Shown here piece by piece: positions 39,301-53,200 of a stretch of 64,000 nucleotides of DNA. A model generated the notes under the pieces. That model saw only the letters and a program-made list of their open reading frames with translations. It did not search any database and was not told the DNA's origin. The stretch is from NCBI RefSeq assembly GCF_006345805.1, contig NW_021833012.1, positions 27,500 through 91,499 of the forward strand, given 5' to 3'. Within the stretch, counting starts at the first letter, position 1, and every line of letters begins with the position of its first letter. Both the position numbers and the translations under genes were made by a program. This stretch comes from Octopus sinensis (Eukaryota).

Positions 39301-41426
39301 AGTCGACTGCCACAAAGGTAAAGGTGATGCATTAGATACGAATAATTACAGAGGTATCAAATTGTTGGATCAGGTGATGAAAGCCACGGAGAGGGTCATA
39401 GCCCAACTAATTAGGGAGGGAATTAGTTTAGATGAAGTGCAGTTTGGGTTTGTGCCAGGGAGGAAGCACCACTGATGCTATATTTCTGGTAAGATAACTG
39501 CAGGAGAAACTCCCAGCCAAAGATAAACCTCTGTACTCGGCTTTTGTTGGCATGGAGAAAGCTTTTGACAGGGTCCTCCAATTCCTTATCTGGGGTTAAT
39601 GCAGAAACTAGGGATAGGCGAGTTGTTAGTGAAAGTTGTACAAGCCATGTACAAAGATGTTGTCAGTAAGGTGAGGGTCGGCAACAAGTATAGCAAAGAA
39701 TTCAGGGTACAAGTAGGGATTCACCAAGAATCAGTCCTCAGCCTCTTCTTGTTCATTATAGACTTCCAGGCAATAACAGAGGAATTCAAGACAGGCTGCT
39801 CCTGGGAGCTCCTCTATGCTGATGACCTTGCTCTTATAGCTGAGTCACTACCAGAACTAGAGAAGACGTTCCAGGTATGGAAGCACGGTCTAGAATTGAA
39901 GGGCCTTAGAGTTAACCTGGAAAAAACCAAAGTCTTAGTAAATAGGAAGGTAGATAAATCACAAATCTCTTCAGGTAGATGACCCTGCTCAATCTATAGA
40001 AAAGGTGTAGGTAGTAACTCTGTAAAATGCACTTGGTGTAAGTTTTGGAAACATAAATGGTTCAGCAGAGGAAGGTTAACTGGGAAGATAGGTTTTGTGT
40101 GTGGAAAGTGGACAGGTACAATAAGCACCAAACATGAACAGGAAATAGATTCCATCACATGCCAGTGGAGAAAACTGGAAGTAGTCAATAGCTTCCATTG
40201 CCTAGGTGATCAAGTCAGTTGCAGAGCTGGATGCTCTGAGACGATAGCTGCTAGAATACGAATAGGCTGGGCAAAGTTCAGAGTGCTCCTTCCTTTACTG
40301 GTAACAAAGGTCCTCTCACTCAGAGTGAAAGGCAGACTGTATGATGCCTGTATACAAACAGCTATAGTACACGGCAGTGAAACATGGACTGTGAGTGCTG
40401 AGGACTTGCATAGGCTTGAAAGAAATGAAGCTAGTATGCTTCACTGGATGTGTAATGTTAGTGTGCATGCATGACAAAGTATCAGCATCCTGAGAGAAAA
40501 GTTGGATATAAGAAGCATCAGATGTGGTGCGCAAGAGACACGACTGTGCTTGTATGGCCGTGTGATGCGTATGGATGAGGACAGATGTGTGAACAAGTGT
40601 TACAATCTAGTGGTGGAAGGTTAGACCTAGGAAGGCATAGAATGAGGTGGTGAAGTACGCTCTTTGACTGTTGGGCCCCACAGAGGCAATGACAAGCGAC
40701 CAAGACAGTGCTTAAGAAACCTCTAAAGAAAAAAAAAGCCAAGTGAGATCATACTTGTGGCTGATGCCTGTGTCGCATAAAGTGGCCCATTAAAAGCACC
40801 CTTCAATCTTTGGATGATATGCTGTACTCATGAAGACCTGTTGAAACGAGTAATGTCATGGCCGATGCTAGTGCTGTCTGACTGGCACCCATCCTGACGG
40901 CATGTCAAAAGTACTGTTCGAGTGTTTGGCCTCATGGAGGCAGTGACAGGTAACCAAGACCCTTGGCGATGTACCATACTTGTGTTGATTTGTCAAGCCA
41001 AGTGAGACGGTAGTCATGGCTGATGCTGGTGTGAGGTCAATGGCATCCATGCCAGTGGCACGTAAAAAGCACTCGCAACACTCTTGAAGTGGTTAATGAT
41101 AGGAAGGGCATCCAGCTGTAGGAACCAAGCCAGATCAGACTGGAGCCTTGTGTGCCTCCCCCACCATCTCACCCAGCTTACCAAGTTTTCAGTCAAAGCA
41201 TTCAACTCATGCCAGCATAGAAAGCAGATGTTAAATGATGATGATGATGATGGTGGTGGTGATGGTGGTTATCGTTCTCACATCAACAATTTTCTACTCA
41301 GTACGTAACATAATTTTCAGTTTCTTTTTTGATCAGTCCAAATCTTCTTACAATCACTGGCTTCATAATCACATTGATATACCACATTTTCCAATTTCAA
41401 TGAGCATCTCTTTATATTATTATTAT

Positions 41427-41468
<42 letters not shown>

Positions 41469-43941
41469 TGTGTACAGTGCTCAGGTGCACTACAACTCAT
41501 CTAAAGTGTATGTATAATCAGGTGTAGTTTCGGCGGATTTCGGAAAGCATGAGGGCCTTAAAGGATGCAGTGTCATGGCAGTCAACAACTGACGCAGGCA
41601 GTTTATTCCATGCTTCAGCAACTCTGAGTGTGAAAAAATGTTTCCAAAAGTCATGGGAGCTGTGTTGTTTTCTGACTTTGTAGGCATGTCCACGTGTGTT
41701 AGACACATGGAGATCAAAAAGGTGTTCAGTGTTGTTGTTGGTGAGGTGGTTGATAACTTTGAGGGTGTTTACCAAGTCCGTCGCCAGACGCTGGAGCGTC
41801 AGTGAATCCATGCCCAGGGAAACAAGGCGCTCAGAATATGGTAGGTGTCTGATGGAGGGTATGCGTTTATCATTCAGTAGTTTTATTTTTATAACGTGCT
41901 TTCACTTCACTACCGAGCGCAGCTCTGTGTGCCTTGGGTATGTGCTGTGGTTTGTTGTGATGCTCTGATGGTTACTGTATTGAAAGTGTTTTGCGTAGGA
42001 TGTGTGCAGTGCCTAGTAGTGCAATTTTCTGTATGATATATGTGTTCGTAAGTCCTGGTGTTTTAGTTATGCATTTGTCTGAATATTTTTTTATCATGCC
42101 TAATGCATCTACTATGATAGGAATTGTTTCTGTTTTTAGATTCCACATTCTAGTTACCTCTGTTTCCAGGTCTTTGTATTTCGAAAGTTTCTCCATTTCT
42201 TTTAGAGACACGTTGTCATCTGCTGGTATTGATACATCAATTAGAAAGCATTTTTTTCTTCATGATCTCTGACAACTATATCTGGTCTATTGGCCTTAAT
42301 TTCTTGATCTGTGTGTATTGGCATATCCCAGAGTATGGTTGCTTTCTCGTTTTCTGTGACCTTTTCTAGTGTGTGCCTATACCATCTTTTTTCTGTTGTT
42401 ATTCCATAATGTTGGCATAGCTTCCAGTGTATGTAGGTTCCAACTCTGTCATGTCTGTGAATATATTCCTTCTTAGCCAGGACTGGGCAGCCAGAGATAA
42501 TATGATTTATTGTTTCTTGTCCATCTCCACATATTCTGCAGTTACTTGTTATATTTCTTTTCATTACATGTTTTTGGTAATTTCTAGTGGGGAGGCTTTG
42601 GTCTTGTGCTGCTATTAAAAATCCCTCTGTCTCTGCTTTCAATCCTGAGCTTCTCATCCACTGCTGGGATTTTTCTTTGTCTATTTCTTTTGCATTTAGT
42701 TTAATCCAGTACTTGCCATGAAGGGGCTTTTCTTGCCATCGTTTTATCATGGTCCGTTGCTGTTCTAGTTTTAGTTTTGATTTCATTTGCTTTATAGCTT
42801 TTGTTATGTTTTCTTCTTCTTCTTCATATTTGTTAGGTAGTATGATTTCTTGTTTGCATTTGTCAGCTTCTTTAATTACTGAGAACAATTTTTTATTTTT
42901 CTTATGATTTGCCGCTATTTGTATCAGTTTTCCTTCCTTCTGAGGTAGATATTTTTGCAGTCCTATGGTGGTTATTTTATAATAGTTTTCCAGCTTTATA
43001 AGGCCTCTACCACCTTCTATACGTTGTATATATAGCCTTTCTATGTCAGATTTTGGGTGATGCATCCTAGATCCTGTCATTATTTTTCTTGTTTTCCTAT
43101 TATTTTGGTTAGTTCATTTAGCATCCAGTTAAGGATATTGTAGCTGTAACTTATAACTGGGACGGTTAAAGTGTTAATACCTATTATCTTGTTTTTAGCA
43201 TTGAGCTCTGTTTTTAGTATTGATCTAACTCATCTATAGTATTCTTTCTTTATTTTTTCTTTCATTTGTGTGCATTGTCTTATCTAGTTCATGGATTCCT
43301 AAGTATTTGTAAGTTTGGCTTTGGTCTAATTCTCTTATTTCATTGGCTTTATCTAGTGTGATGTTGCTACTCTTAACTAGTTTTCCTCTTTTCAGGGTTA
43401 CTTTGGCGCATATTTCTAATCCAAATTTCATATCTATTTCTTCGGTGAATCCATGAACTGTCTTTAGTAGTGTTTCCAGCTGTTTGTCATTTGTAGCATA
43501 ATAGTTTTAGGTCATCCATATATAAAAGGTGGCTGATTATTATTATTATTGTTGTTGTTGTTATTATTATTTTCATATGCACACAACAGATTACACCATT
43601 GGAAATGAAAATAATCCTAACATCGTGCTACAACAAGTAACCTTAGATGCCTAGAACCCTCTTGAGTATCCTGGCAGTCCCTAATAACACCATTTGCTGG
43701 AGCTGTACTAAACTAGGTTTTATGCCTATTTCCTCTACCTACTCAAATATTTAGGGACAGTTCCTAATGCCCCTATAACTACAGGGATACATTTTACCTA
43801 CCCTTTCCATAATCTATGTAATTCAATGACTAGGTCCTGATACTTTACAATTTTTTGTATACCTTTCATATTGATTTTTTTCATCATTTAGGACTGTAAA
43901 GTCAATTATCTGGCACACTTTCTATTGTCTTTATCTACTAT

Positions 43942-43974
<33 letters not shown>

Positions 43975-46900
43975 CACCAAATCAGGCCTTCTAGCTTCTA
44001 TTATTCTGTCAGTCTGAATGTTAAAGTCCCACAACATCTTATATTTCTTACTTTTTAATAATTTACTAGGTTCATGCTAATATCATTTATCAGTATGGTC
44101 AAATCCTAGCTTTCTACAGACCGTCCAGTGGATTGCTCTCTCTAGGTTATCTTTTCTTGTATTCTTTCTGTGCCATCATGCTACATTCACTTTCTATAAT
44201 AACACTTTCCCTTTTTCATTTGCATAACTCACATTGGGAATCTACTTGGTTTTTGTCTATCTTGGCTTTTATCCAATTAGTCATTAGCACTTGATCTTGT
44301 GCTGCTACTACCTAGCTTTCTGTTTCCCTTTCAGCTTTCCTTTCTTCAACCACAACCATGTTTTATGACTATTATTTGCTGCAAATATCTTTGAGAATCT
44401 ACCATGCAAAGCCTTCTCCTGCCAATCAGATAACTTTTGTTCTTTTTCTGGTTTTTTCACTTACTTTCTTTTTGGGGTTTCCCTATGTATTGCTGTGACT
44501 TTAACATCTCTTAATGAACTGGCTTCACTATTACCTACATAGGAGTCTATATTGACTCTAGCTCCATGCGGTCTTTTACCAATATTAATTCCCTTATTAT
44601 TATCAGTCCTCTTATTATTATTAGTATTACTTCCACCTTAGTGAAGGCGGAGGTATTGTTTTCAGTCTTGTTTGTTTGTTTGTCTATGGACAAGATATCT
44701 CAAGAACCGCTAGCATGAATGGATTAAATTTTGGGATCTATCCGATACCGGACAAGGAGTCTGGATTATTTGTTATCTTTACTTTACATGATTATGATCT
44801 TACGTTCACTTTCAAGTCTTTCTCAATTATCTCCCTTTAGGTTGTTTCTAAAGTTTTATTTTCATTTCTCTATCATTAATTTTACTTGCACCTTTATCTT
44901 AATAGAAACTGATGGATAAACAAATCAAACTACATTAACAAACAGCAGTAAAACCATTCAGAAATTAAATAACATTAACATATTTTTATAATGTATATAT
45001 CATATATTAAAAGTATAAGGTGTGTTATGAGAATTTATAGAACAAATATCCTACAGAAACTGAACAAACTGTTAAAGATGGAGAAAAGAAGATGTTAAAA
45101 GTTTGAAAAGAATTTAATCCATGCATACAATCGTTTCGAACAGCAATATTAACATGAAAATAACATGGTAGAAAAATTAGAAATCAATTTAATTATAATT
45201 AAATTAATTACATATTACTCTTCTCCTCTGTGCAAAAAAAAGAATACATCAAAAAAATAATTTTATTATTGTCACAGAAGACTTGATGGAGTGAATAGCA
45301 CATAACATATTCAGATATACTTATTATATATGCTAAGATAGTGTTATTGAGTCATAGTTGTGTATGAACTAAAACTGATGCAGCTAATGGTTACTTTAAA
45401 ATACAAGTGTAAGATGTTTAAGAAACATTTTCTCTATATAATAATAAGTAATTAAGTGATATACACTCGATATAAATATAAGGCATTTATTATAAGAAGT
45501 AATATATATATATATATAAGCATCAAATGGGACAGCATAGCTATATTTAAATTAATATCTGATTTGACAGTTATAAGTGGTAAGAAATATTAAGTATGGT
45601 GTATATTTAAAGAAATTATTTTTTAAAAAATTCTTGTTTGAAAATAAGAAATAGGAAATAGTTAATACAGTTTTATTTAAGCTACTTGAATTATAAACAA
45701 AAAATATATACGGAGTTGCGATGGAGTAATTAATAGCTAATAAAATACATGTGCCCTTTTCAAAGCCTAACCAGGTTCATGGGCCCGGTTTCCTGGTTTC
45801 TATGGCATATGTGTTCCCCAGCTGGATGGGACGCCAGTCCATCATAGCGTTACTCATTTTTGCCAGCTGAGTGGACTGGAACAACGTGAAATGAAGTGTT
45901 TTGCTCAAGAACACAATGCGTCGCCCGGTCCAGGAATCGAAACCACAATCTTACAATCATGATGCTGACACCCTAATCACTAAGCCACGTGCCTCCACAA
46001 TCAATAGCTAATACAATAGGGAAAGTTTTTTTAGTGAAAAAACTAATATTTGTTTGTGTGAAATAAATATAAGATAAAGAAATAAAGATAGAAGAATAGT
46101 TGTTAATATTACAGAATAAAGAAAGAAATTACTTGCTGTGGTTAAAAAAACCGTTTGATGATAATCAAGTGTTTTTGAGAGGTTGAGAAAAAATAACAAT
46201 GAATGGGAAATACGGCTGAGACCAAGTCGTAAAAGTGTTATTTTAAAAAATTGTATGTTTCTATATTTTGTAGGTTGACTATGTCTTTGTATAAATATTA
46301 AAAATTTCAATATGAGTCGAGAATCTAGTTTGGCATAAAGGAGGTGAAAAATCTATAGTAATATTTTATAAATAATTTCCTAACTAATATAAGGTAATGT
46401 GAAAGTGAATATAAGAAAATTATAATTACATTGATTTCTAATTTTCCTATTATGTTATTGACATGTTTATGTTTCTGTTTGAAACAATCGCATGCATGGA
46501 TTAAATTCTTTTCAAACTTTTAACATCTTCTTTTCTCCATCTTTAACAGTATAGGATATTTGTTCTATAAACTCTTTTTTTTTTCTTTTTTTAGTTTCAG
46601 CTCAGAGCTGCGGCCATGCTGATGCACCGCTGTTTTGTGCTACACTGTTATTACTAAGAGCCTCCTCTAATATGTGGCACTTGGTGAAGAATGGAGTTTG
46701 ATATAGCTACTCTCATTTGCACCTCTTGCTGTGAGGGGTTAATATAGGGCGTTACGTCTATCAGAAAATCAAAAAAAAAAATGTGTGTAATAGGTGTAAA
46801 ACAACTTCCTATGAACGAATATGAAAAAAAAATTCGCGCACGCGAAAGGGGGGTGGGGGAGAGACCTCGGAAAATTCACATCAGGAAGTTCCGAAAGCGT

Positions 46901-49900
46901 CTGAGGGGCTGACCCGGGCACCAAAACAAAAAAAAAATAGTGTAATATGTGTAAAACAACTTGCTCTAAACGAATATGAAAAAAAAAATGCGCTCTCGCG
47001 AAAGAGGGGTGGGGGAGAGGCCTCGGAAAATTTATATCGGGAATTTCCGAAAGCGTCTGAACCGGGCACAAAAACAAAAACAAAAACAGCGTAATATGTG
47101 TAAAACAACTTGCTCTAAACGACTATCATGAAAAAAATGCGCGCTCGCGAAAGGGGGTGGGGGAGAGGCTTCGGAAATTTCACATCTTCAGTCCACGGCC
47201 TTTAAACTAAGAAAAAATAGTGTAATTGGTGTAAAACTACTTGTTCTAAACGAGTATCAAGAACACACACTCACACATGAATCATAAACTCCGTTTTTTT
47301 GTACATATTTCGCAAAAAAAAAAATAATAAAGAGAAGAAATTCTGGAAAAAGTGAAGAAATGTTGGATCTCATTCCTTGGTCAAAGCTATTTTAAACATT
47401 AAATTTATGCTTTTCTTTGAAATAGTTCAGATATATGCAATTCTTCTCACTTATTAAGATGCATTTATCAGAAAAAATAATTATTTTGTGTCAATCCTTC
47501 CCTAATTATCCTTTATTAATTAGTTTTGGCATGTATTTTTTTCCCAAATTTATTTTTTCACCTTTACAACACTGTTTAGTAAAGCAATTAATTATCTTTA
47601 TAATTTGCATATTTGACTTATTAATCAAAATTCTCTAGATGTAATATATACTAACTAATGCATCCTTCATTTATGTGTTCCGTTCTGTATTATGCATGCG
47701 TGACTGTTTGTATGTAAGTGTGTTTAACTGTGCACATGAATGTGAATATTAAAGAACATATTTATTTACTATGATTGTTATTTTCAGAACAAATAAATCT
47801 TTTGGCTGTTATGTTATTGATGTTATTATTATTGCTAGTTAAAGGGTGGTGACTTGGCTGAATATTTTGAGTCTTGTAGTATGTAGTTGTGTTAGTCAAT
47901 ATTCTGAGTTCAAATCCAACTCATTTCTTTATCATCATTATCGATGGACCACTCAAAGAGGTATGTATACATTATCATTTTTCGTAACATAATTTCTGTA
48001 GTATTTCAAGATGTTTCTGACACGTATTTTGATTCACATGGCGGAGATCCAACATTTCTTCACTTTTTCCAGAATTTCTTCTCTTTATTTTATTTTTTTT
48101 TTGCGAAATATGTACAAAAATACGGAGTTTATGATTCATGTGTGTGTTCTTGATACTCGTTTAGAACAAGTAGTTTTACACCAATTACACTATTTTTTCA
48201 TAGTTTAAAGGCCATGGACTGAAGATGTGAAATTTCCGAAGCCTCTCCCCCACTCCCCTTTCGCGAGCGCGCATTTTTTTCATGATAGTCGTTTAGAGCA
48301 AGTTGTTTTACACATATTACGCTGTTTTTGTTTTTGTGCCCGGTTCAGACGCTTTCGGAAATTCCTGATATAAATTTTCCGAGGCCTCTCCCCCACCCCT
48401 CTTTCGCGAGAGCGCATTTTTGTTTTCATATTCGTTTAGAGCAAGTTATTTTACACATATTACACTATTTTTTTTTGTTATGGTGCCCGGGTCAGCCCCT
48501 CAGACGCTTTCGGAACTTCCTGATGTGAATTTTCCGAGGCCTCTCCCCCACCTCCCTTTCGCGTGCGCGAATTTTTTTTTCATATTCGTTCATAGGAAGT
48601 TGTTTTACACCTATTACACACATTTTTTTTTGATTTTCTGATAGACGTAACGCCCTATATTAACCCTGTGAGGTAGGTTCATCTGGGACTCTCGACAGGA
48701 AGATGTCCAGCTTTGATTTAAAAACTGCTACATCTACTTTGTGCAAGTTCTTCAGACTCTTTGAGAGAATACTGAAAAGCTGTGGGCCCTTGAAACCCAG
48801 GCTGTTGCAGTAACTAGTCCTCCTGAAGCATGATGGCATTGCTGGGATCTTTGGCACTATGCAGCGTCGTCCCGTTCTGGCATTGGTGTAGCTGTCAATG
48901 CCAAAATTTGGCACAATTCCTTCCAGGATCTTCCAGATATATATTACTGCATACCTCTCCCATCTTCTCTCCAGGGAGTAGAGTCTTAGCTGTTTCTCAT
49001 AACACACCTTATACTTGTAGCATTTTCATATTCACTATTCTTACAACAGTAAGCGACCAATGAAATATGAAGAATCTTTATAAGAAACCGACCTTTGGAA
49101 CCAACCAAAATAAAGGATGAAAGAGAACTCAACTTTCTCTCACATATATTATATATTATACATACATATTAACGCTTTACAGTATACTTACATATATACA
49201 CACATCTATGCATCGATCTAAAACAACAGGAATATCAAAGGTAGGCTGTAATTTAAGAGAAGAGAAAACGAAAAGGTCTCATGCTATTCGTTTAAAAATT
49301 CCTGAGTAGAACTTTATTAACCCTATCTTTGAAACTATTTTGAATGGTGAAATTGTTGACTTTGGCTTGTATTAGATAAGGATATACTATTTTTTACTGT
49401 TACTAAATTTTCTACTGCCACCTTCACGTTCCATGACTACCATTGGGATCGATCAGGTACCGGACAAGGATTCTTGATTATTTTTTGGGTTTCTTTTTTT
49501 TGCTTAATTTTTGAGAGTCATTGGATTCATTTTTAGATATTCTCATTTTAAAAACCATCTCTGGTTAATCATTGAGAAGACATTGGTGTTAACTTGGTGG
49601 AAATTTGTGCTCTCGTAGTGCTCTTGTTGATAATGTCATGCAGTGAACAGCCCTGCTCTGAGCATGGCCCTGTTGTTTGAGAAACAATAGATGAGAGAAA
49701 GCGCTTGCCCTTGCTGGTCAGGACCATTGAGTTTTAGTGGAGTTTCCTACTTTGCCTTTGAAGCAGTTAGCCTTCCTTTTGGCAAATTCTATTGTTATTT
49801 GTAAACCCTTACCATGTTTATCATTTTCTTATTGTCTTCGTCTTTCTTTGAACCTAGTGGCTAATAAAAAAAATCATCATCACCACCAGCACCACCATCA

Positions 49901-50143
49901 TTATCATTATTATTATTTTGAGGTGGCAGACCAGTAGAATTCTAAGAACATTGGTAAAATTGCCTTGCAGTATTGCAGGATTTTGGCTTTTTGCATGCTG
50001 AGTTCAAACCCTGTGGTGGTCTTCATTACCTTTCATCCCTTTGGGATAAATAAAATGAAAAACTAGGTTTGTTTGTATATAAACTAAAATCTTCCCATCA
50101 AAACTTTCTATTATTATTATTATTATTATTATTATTATCAATA

Positions 50144-50202
<59 letters not shown>

Positions 50203-50227
50203 ATCATTATTATTATTATTATTAATA

Positions 50228-50263
<36 letters not shown>

Positions 50264-53200
50264 TTTAAAAGGTAAACAGATAAGACAAATAGCGCGATGC
50301 AATTGCAATAGCTATTTTTATTGGTTGAAGGATATTTCAACAGTAAGCCTGTCTTTGTTGAGTTCAAAATGCAAAGTGATAAAAATTCAAAATTATAGAA
50401 ATCTAAATCCAAAGTATGAATGAGAGCAACCAGTGTCCAAACGTTGATGGAATGACATCATCGGTCTTTAAGTTTCAATTTTATAACAGACAAAATGAAA
50501 AAGACAGAAAAATAGAGGAATGAAAAATTAAAAGGAAAAAGAAAAAGACTATCTAATCAAACAGTTTTGTATGAATTTGATGATATTCTCCTGTCATTTT
50601 ATTCATTCCTCCAGGGCGTGATGTTAATAACCCGCAAACATATTTCTCCTCATGCATTTTGAGAAGTGAAAGTGAAGCAGATTCAGAATATTTTCTGAGA
50701 ATATGCACTTTCAAGTCTTCTTCATAATTGCAGCCGCTTGAAGCGAAATGTTCGGCAAGTTCTGTCGAACTACTCTAATATTATTGTGCCTGACATCATA
50801 TCTGTGCCCATTAAGTCTTTTGTTTAATTGTTCTGATGTACAACCAACATAAACCAAGTTGTGTTTCATGCATCCTGCTGCATACACCAAATGGGAATCT
50901 CTATATATCCCACCTTCTGTATAAATCATAACATTTCTGTTATGATTCCTGATGGAATTCCCTTGACTCATGTTGTTGCACAATGAACAGGGCTTACCTT
51001 TTTTTTACGACTGGTTTTCAAGGCACAGCATGCAGATACTCCAATGTTAGTTTCCTTGGAGTCAGAAATAAAGGTCAATAATTCTCTTATATTTCTACAC
51101 TATCTAACGGCTAGAATGGGTGGCTGAGGAAATTTCTGTTTGAAACAAGGATATTTTTCTGCCACATGCTGGTATCTTTCAGGCAACACTTTTGAAATGC
51201 CAGAGAAATTTCAGTGCTAGTTAATCACTAAAGAATTTCTCTCACATATTGTATTGTGTTTGACTTTCTTTGCTAATCTCTTATAAACATAAACGGCAAA
51301 ATTTTCCAGTTAGAGAGCTTGCACTTTCTATGGTCATTCAAAACCATCCAAAGGTGGTCGTGCACATCTTTACATTTCCCCAGTCACCCTGCAAAGCCAT
51401 TAAAAAATCAATAGAAGTGACTTCTTTGTGAATTTTCTATCCAAAACCCAATCAAAATGCCCGAAACTTGATATGCCAATTGAATGCCAGCTAGCTGTAT
51501 GTGATTGGTCAGAGATTTGGACAGTACTCGCATGTATGTGCACACGCACGCAGCTGTATATGCATGCACTAGCACTATGACCCGGCTTAGCTATGTCATT
51601 TGCTATTTCCTTTTATCATGATTCACTGTAACTGCATTTGACATAATGATGAACAGAAGCATTTGTATGTTTCCAGTTATCACCTCTGTCAGTACAAATC
51701 ATTTTAAGGCCCCAAATCCATGTCAAAAAAGTGGTTTTTGATAACCATGGACGTTTCTTCCTTATATCCGAATATTGACCATGATGAAGGGGTAGAAGCA
51801 TGCATGAATGCCTTTGAAAAGCGGTCAAACAAAAGTATTCCATCATAGTTTTTTTGTAGGTTATTGGTGTTTGTGTTACGAAGTAACACAATGAAATTTG
51901 GACAAAATTTTACCACCAGACAAGGGGCTGCACCATGGGGGCACCCATGGCAGTTAATTTCACAAATGTCTTCATGACAAAATTCAAGACATAGTTAATG
52001 AACACATTCAAATCCCTATATAGTCGTGAACCAATACTCTGGTTACAGTTAATTGATGACAGCTTTTTTGTCTGAGAAGGATCACGGGATAGTTTAAGTG
52101 ACTTCTTGCATTTGTGTGAATTATGCTAAAAGCTATGGCTTTAGGTCCAACAGAAAACTTACGTCCAGTTTTTCAAAAACAAGCGTTGAATTTTTGGACA
52201 CCAAAGTTAAGTTGTCTTTAGGGAGAATAGTGACAGAGTTATTTTGCAAGTCCACATTTTCCTCCACCACCGATCTGATCATCCACATCATATTATCCAG
52301 TCAAATGCGAAATCTCAAAGTGCTTTGTGTAGTTCCTTCCAGTTGTTAATGGATGGTTTCAATTTGTTAATAAGGAGGGATTCAATAACTGAGATTGCCC
52401 TTGTTTTGTTGGGTATCATTATTGTTATTTCCTATGCACACAACAGATTAAACTATTGGAAAAGAAGAATTCCTTACATCAGGCTAGAACAAGTAACTTC
52501 AGATGTCAAAAACCCTCCCACAGGCAGGAGTCCTCCATTCATATTGAATTCCTTCCTAGTTGTTCAGTTAGATTCATGTGTATGATGTGGAAGGGGGGGG
52601 GGAGGCACCGTAGCATTAGTAAATGTGAATACAAGTTAGTATATATGTATATATATTTATTTGCACATAGACTTACTCAGAGTTGAGTGTGTACGTTAAA
52701 TTATTTTTCACATTAAGTCTTCAAAAACAAAATTAACAAATGAAGAGCAACCCACTGTGGAAAATGTATTTCTACATGGTGGTCAATTTAGGATTGTTAG
52801 GAACATTTATAGTGATTCTTGGTAACAGGTATTAGTGGCAGTGGTGATGTTCTCTCTCTCTCTCTCTCTTCCTTGAAATATTTTGTTGATTTTTATTTTC
52901 AGAAGCTGAGTTTAAGGGATATTAGTAGAACACATGAAGTCCAGATTTCTATCAGTAACAAAATTACAATTTATGGCAGACATTCTCTTGTAAAAGATGC
53001 CAAACTCTCTGTCCAATCATTATTAATGGGATTCAAAGAAACTGACGAGGAAACTCTTCTTAAAACAATGGTACAATGGTCTTGCTTTGATGAAAATTTT
53101 CCAGCAAACCTACAAATGTTTAAAGACAAAGTAAATGCCAAGCTTGAGAAAGCATACTCACAGAAGAAAAAAACCCTTGATTGGGAAAACATAAAATTTG

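Noticed and set aside
50424-50468. Possible hammerhead remnant downstream of the Penelope GIY-YIG (CCGATGA-TGTC...GACA)
   Set aside because: Both core halves are defective; the position is suggestive but the motif cannot be supported.
52819-52902. N-terminal extension of the 158-aa ORF (also 36011-36032 and 59407 as a start)
   Set aside because: These are intronic read-through or internal starts; the true exon boundaries are set by the AG acceptors.
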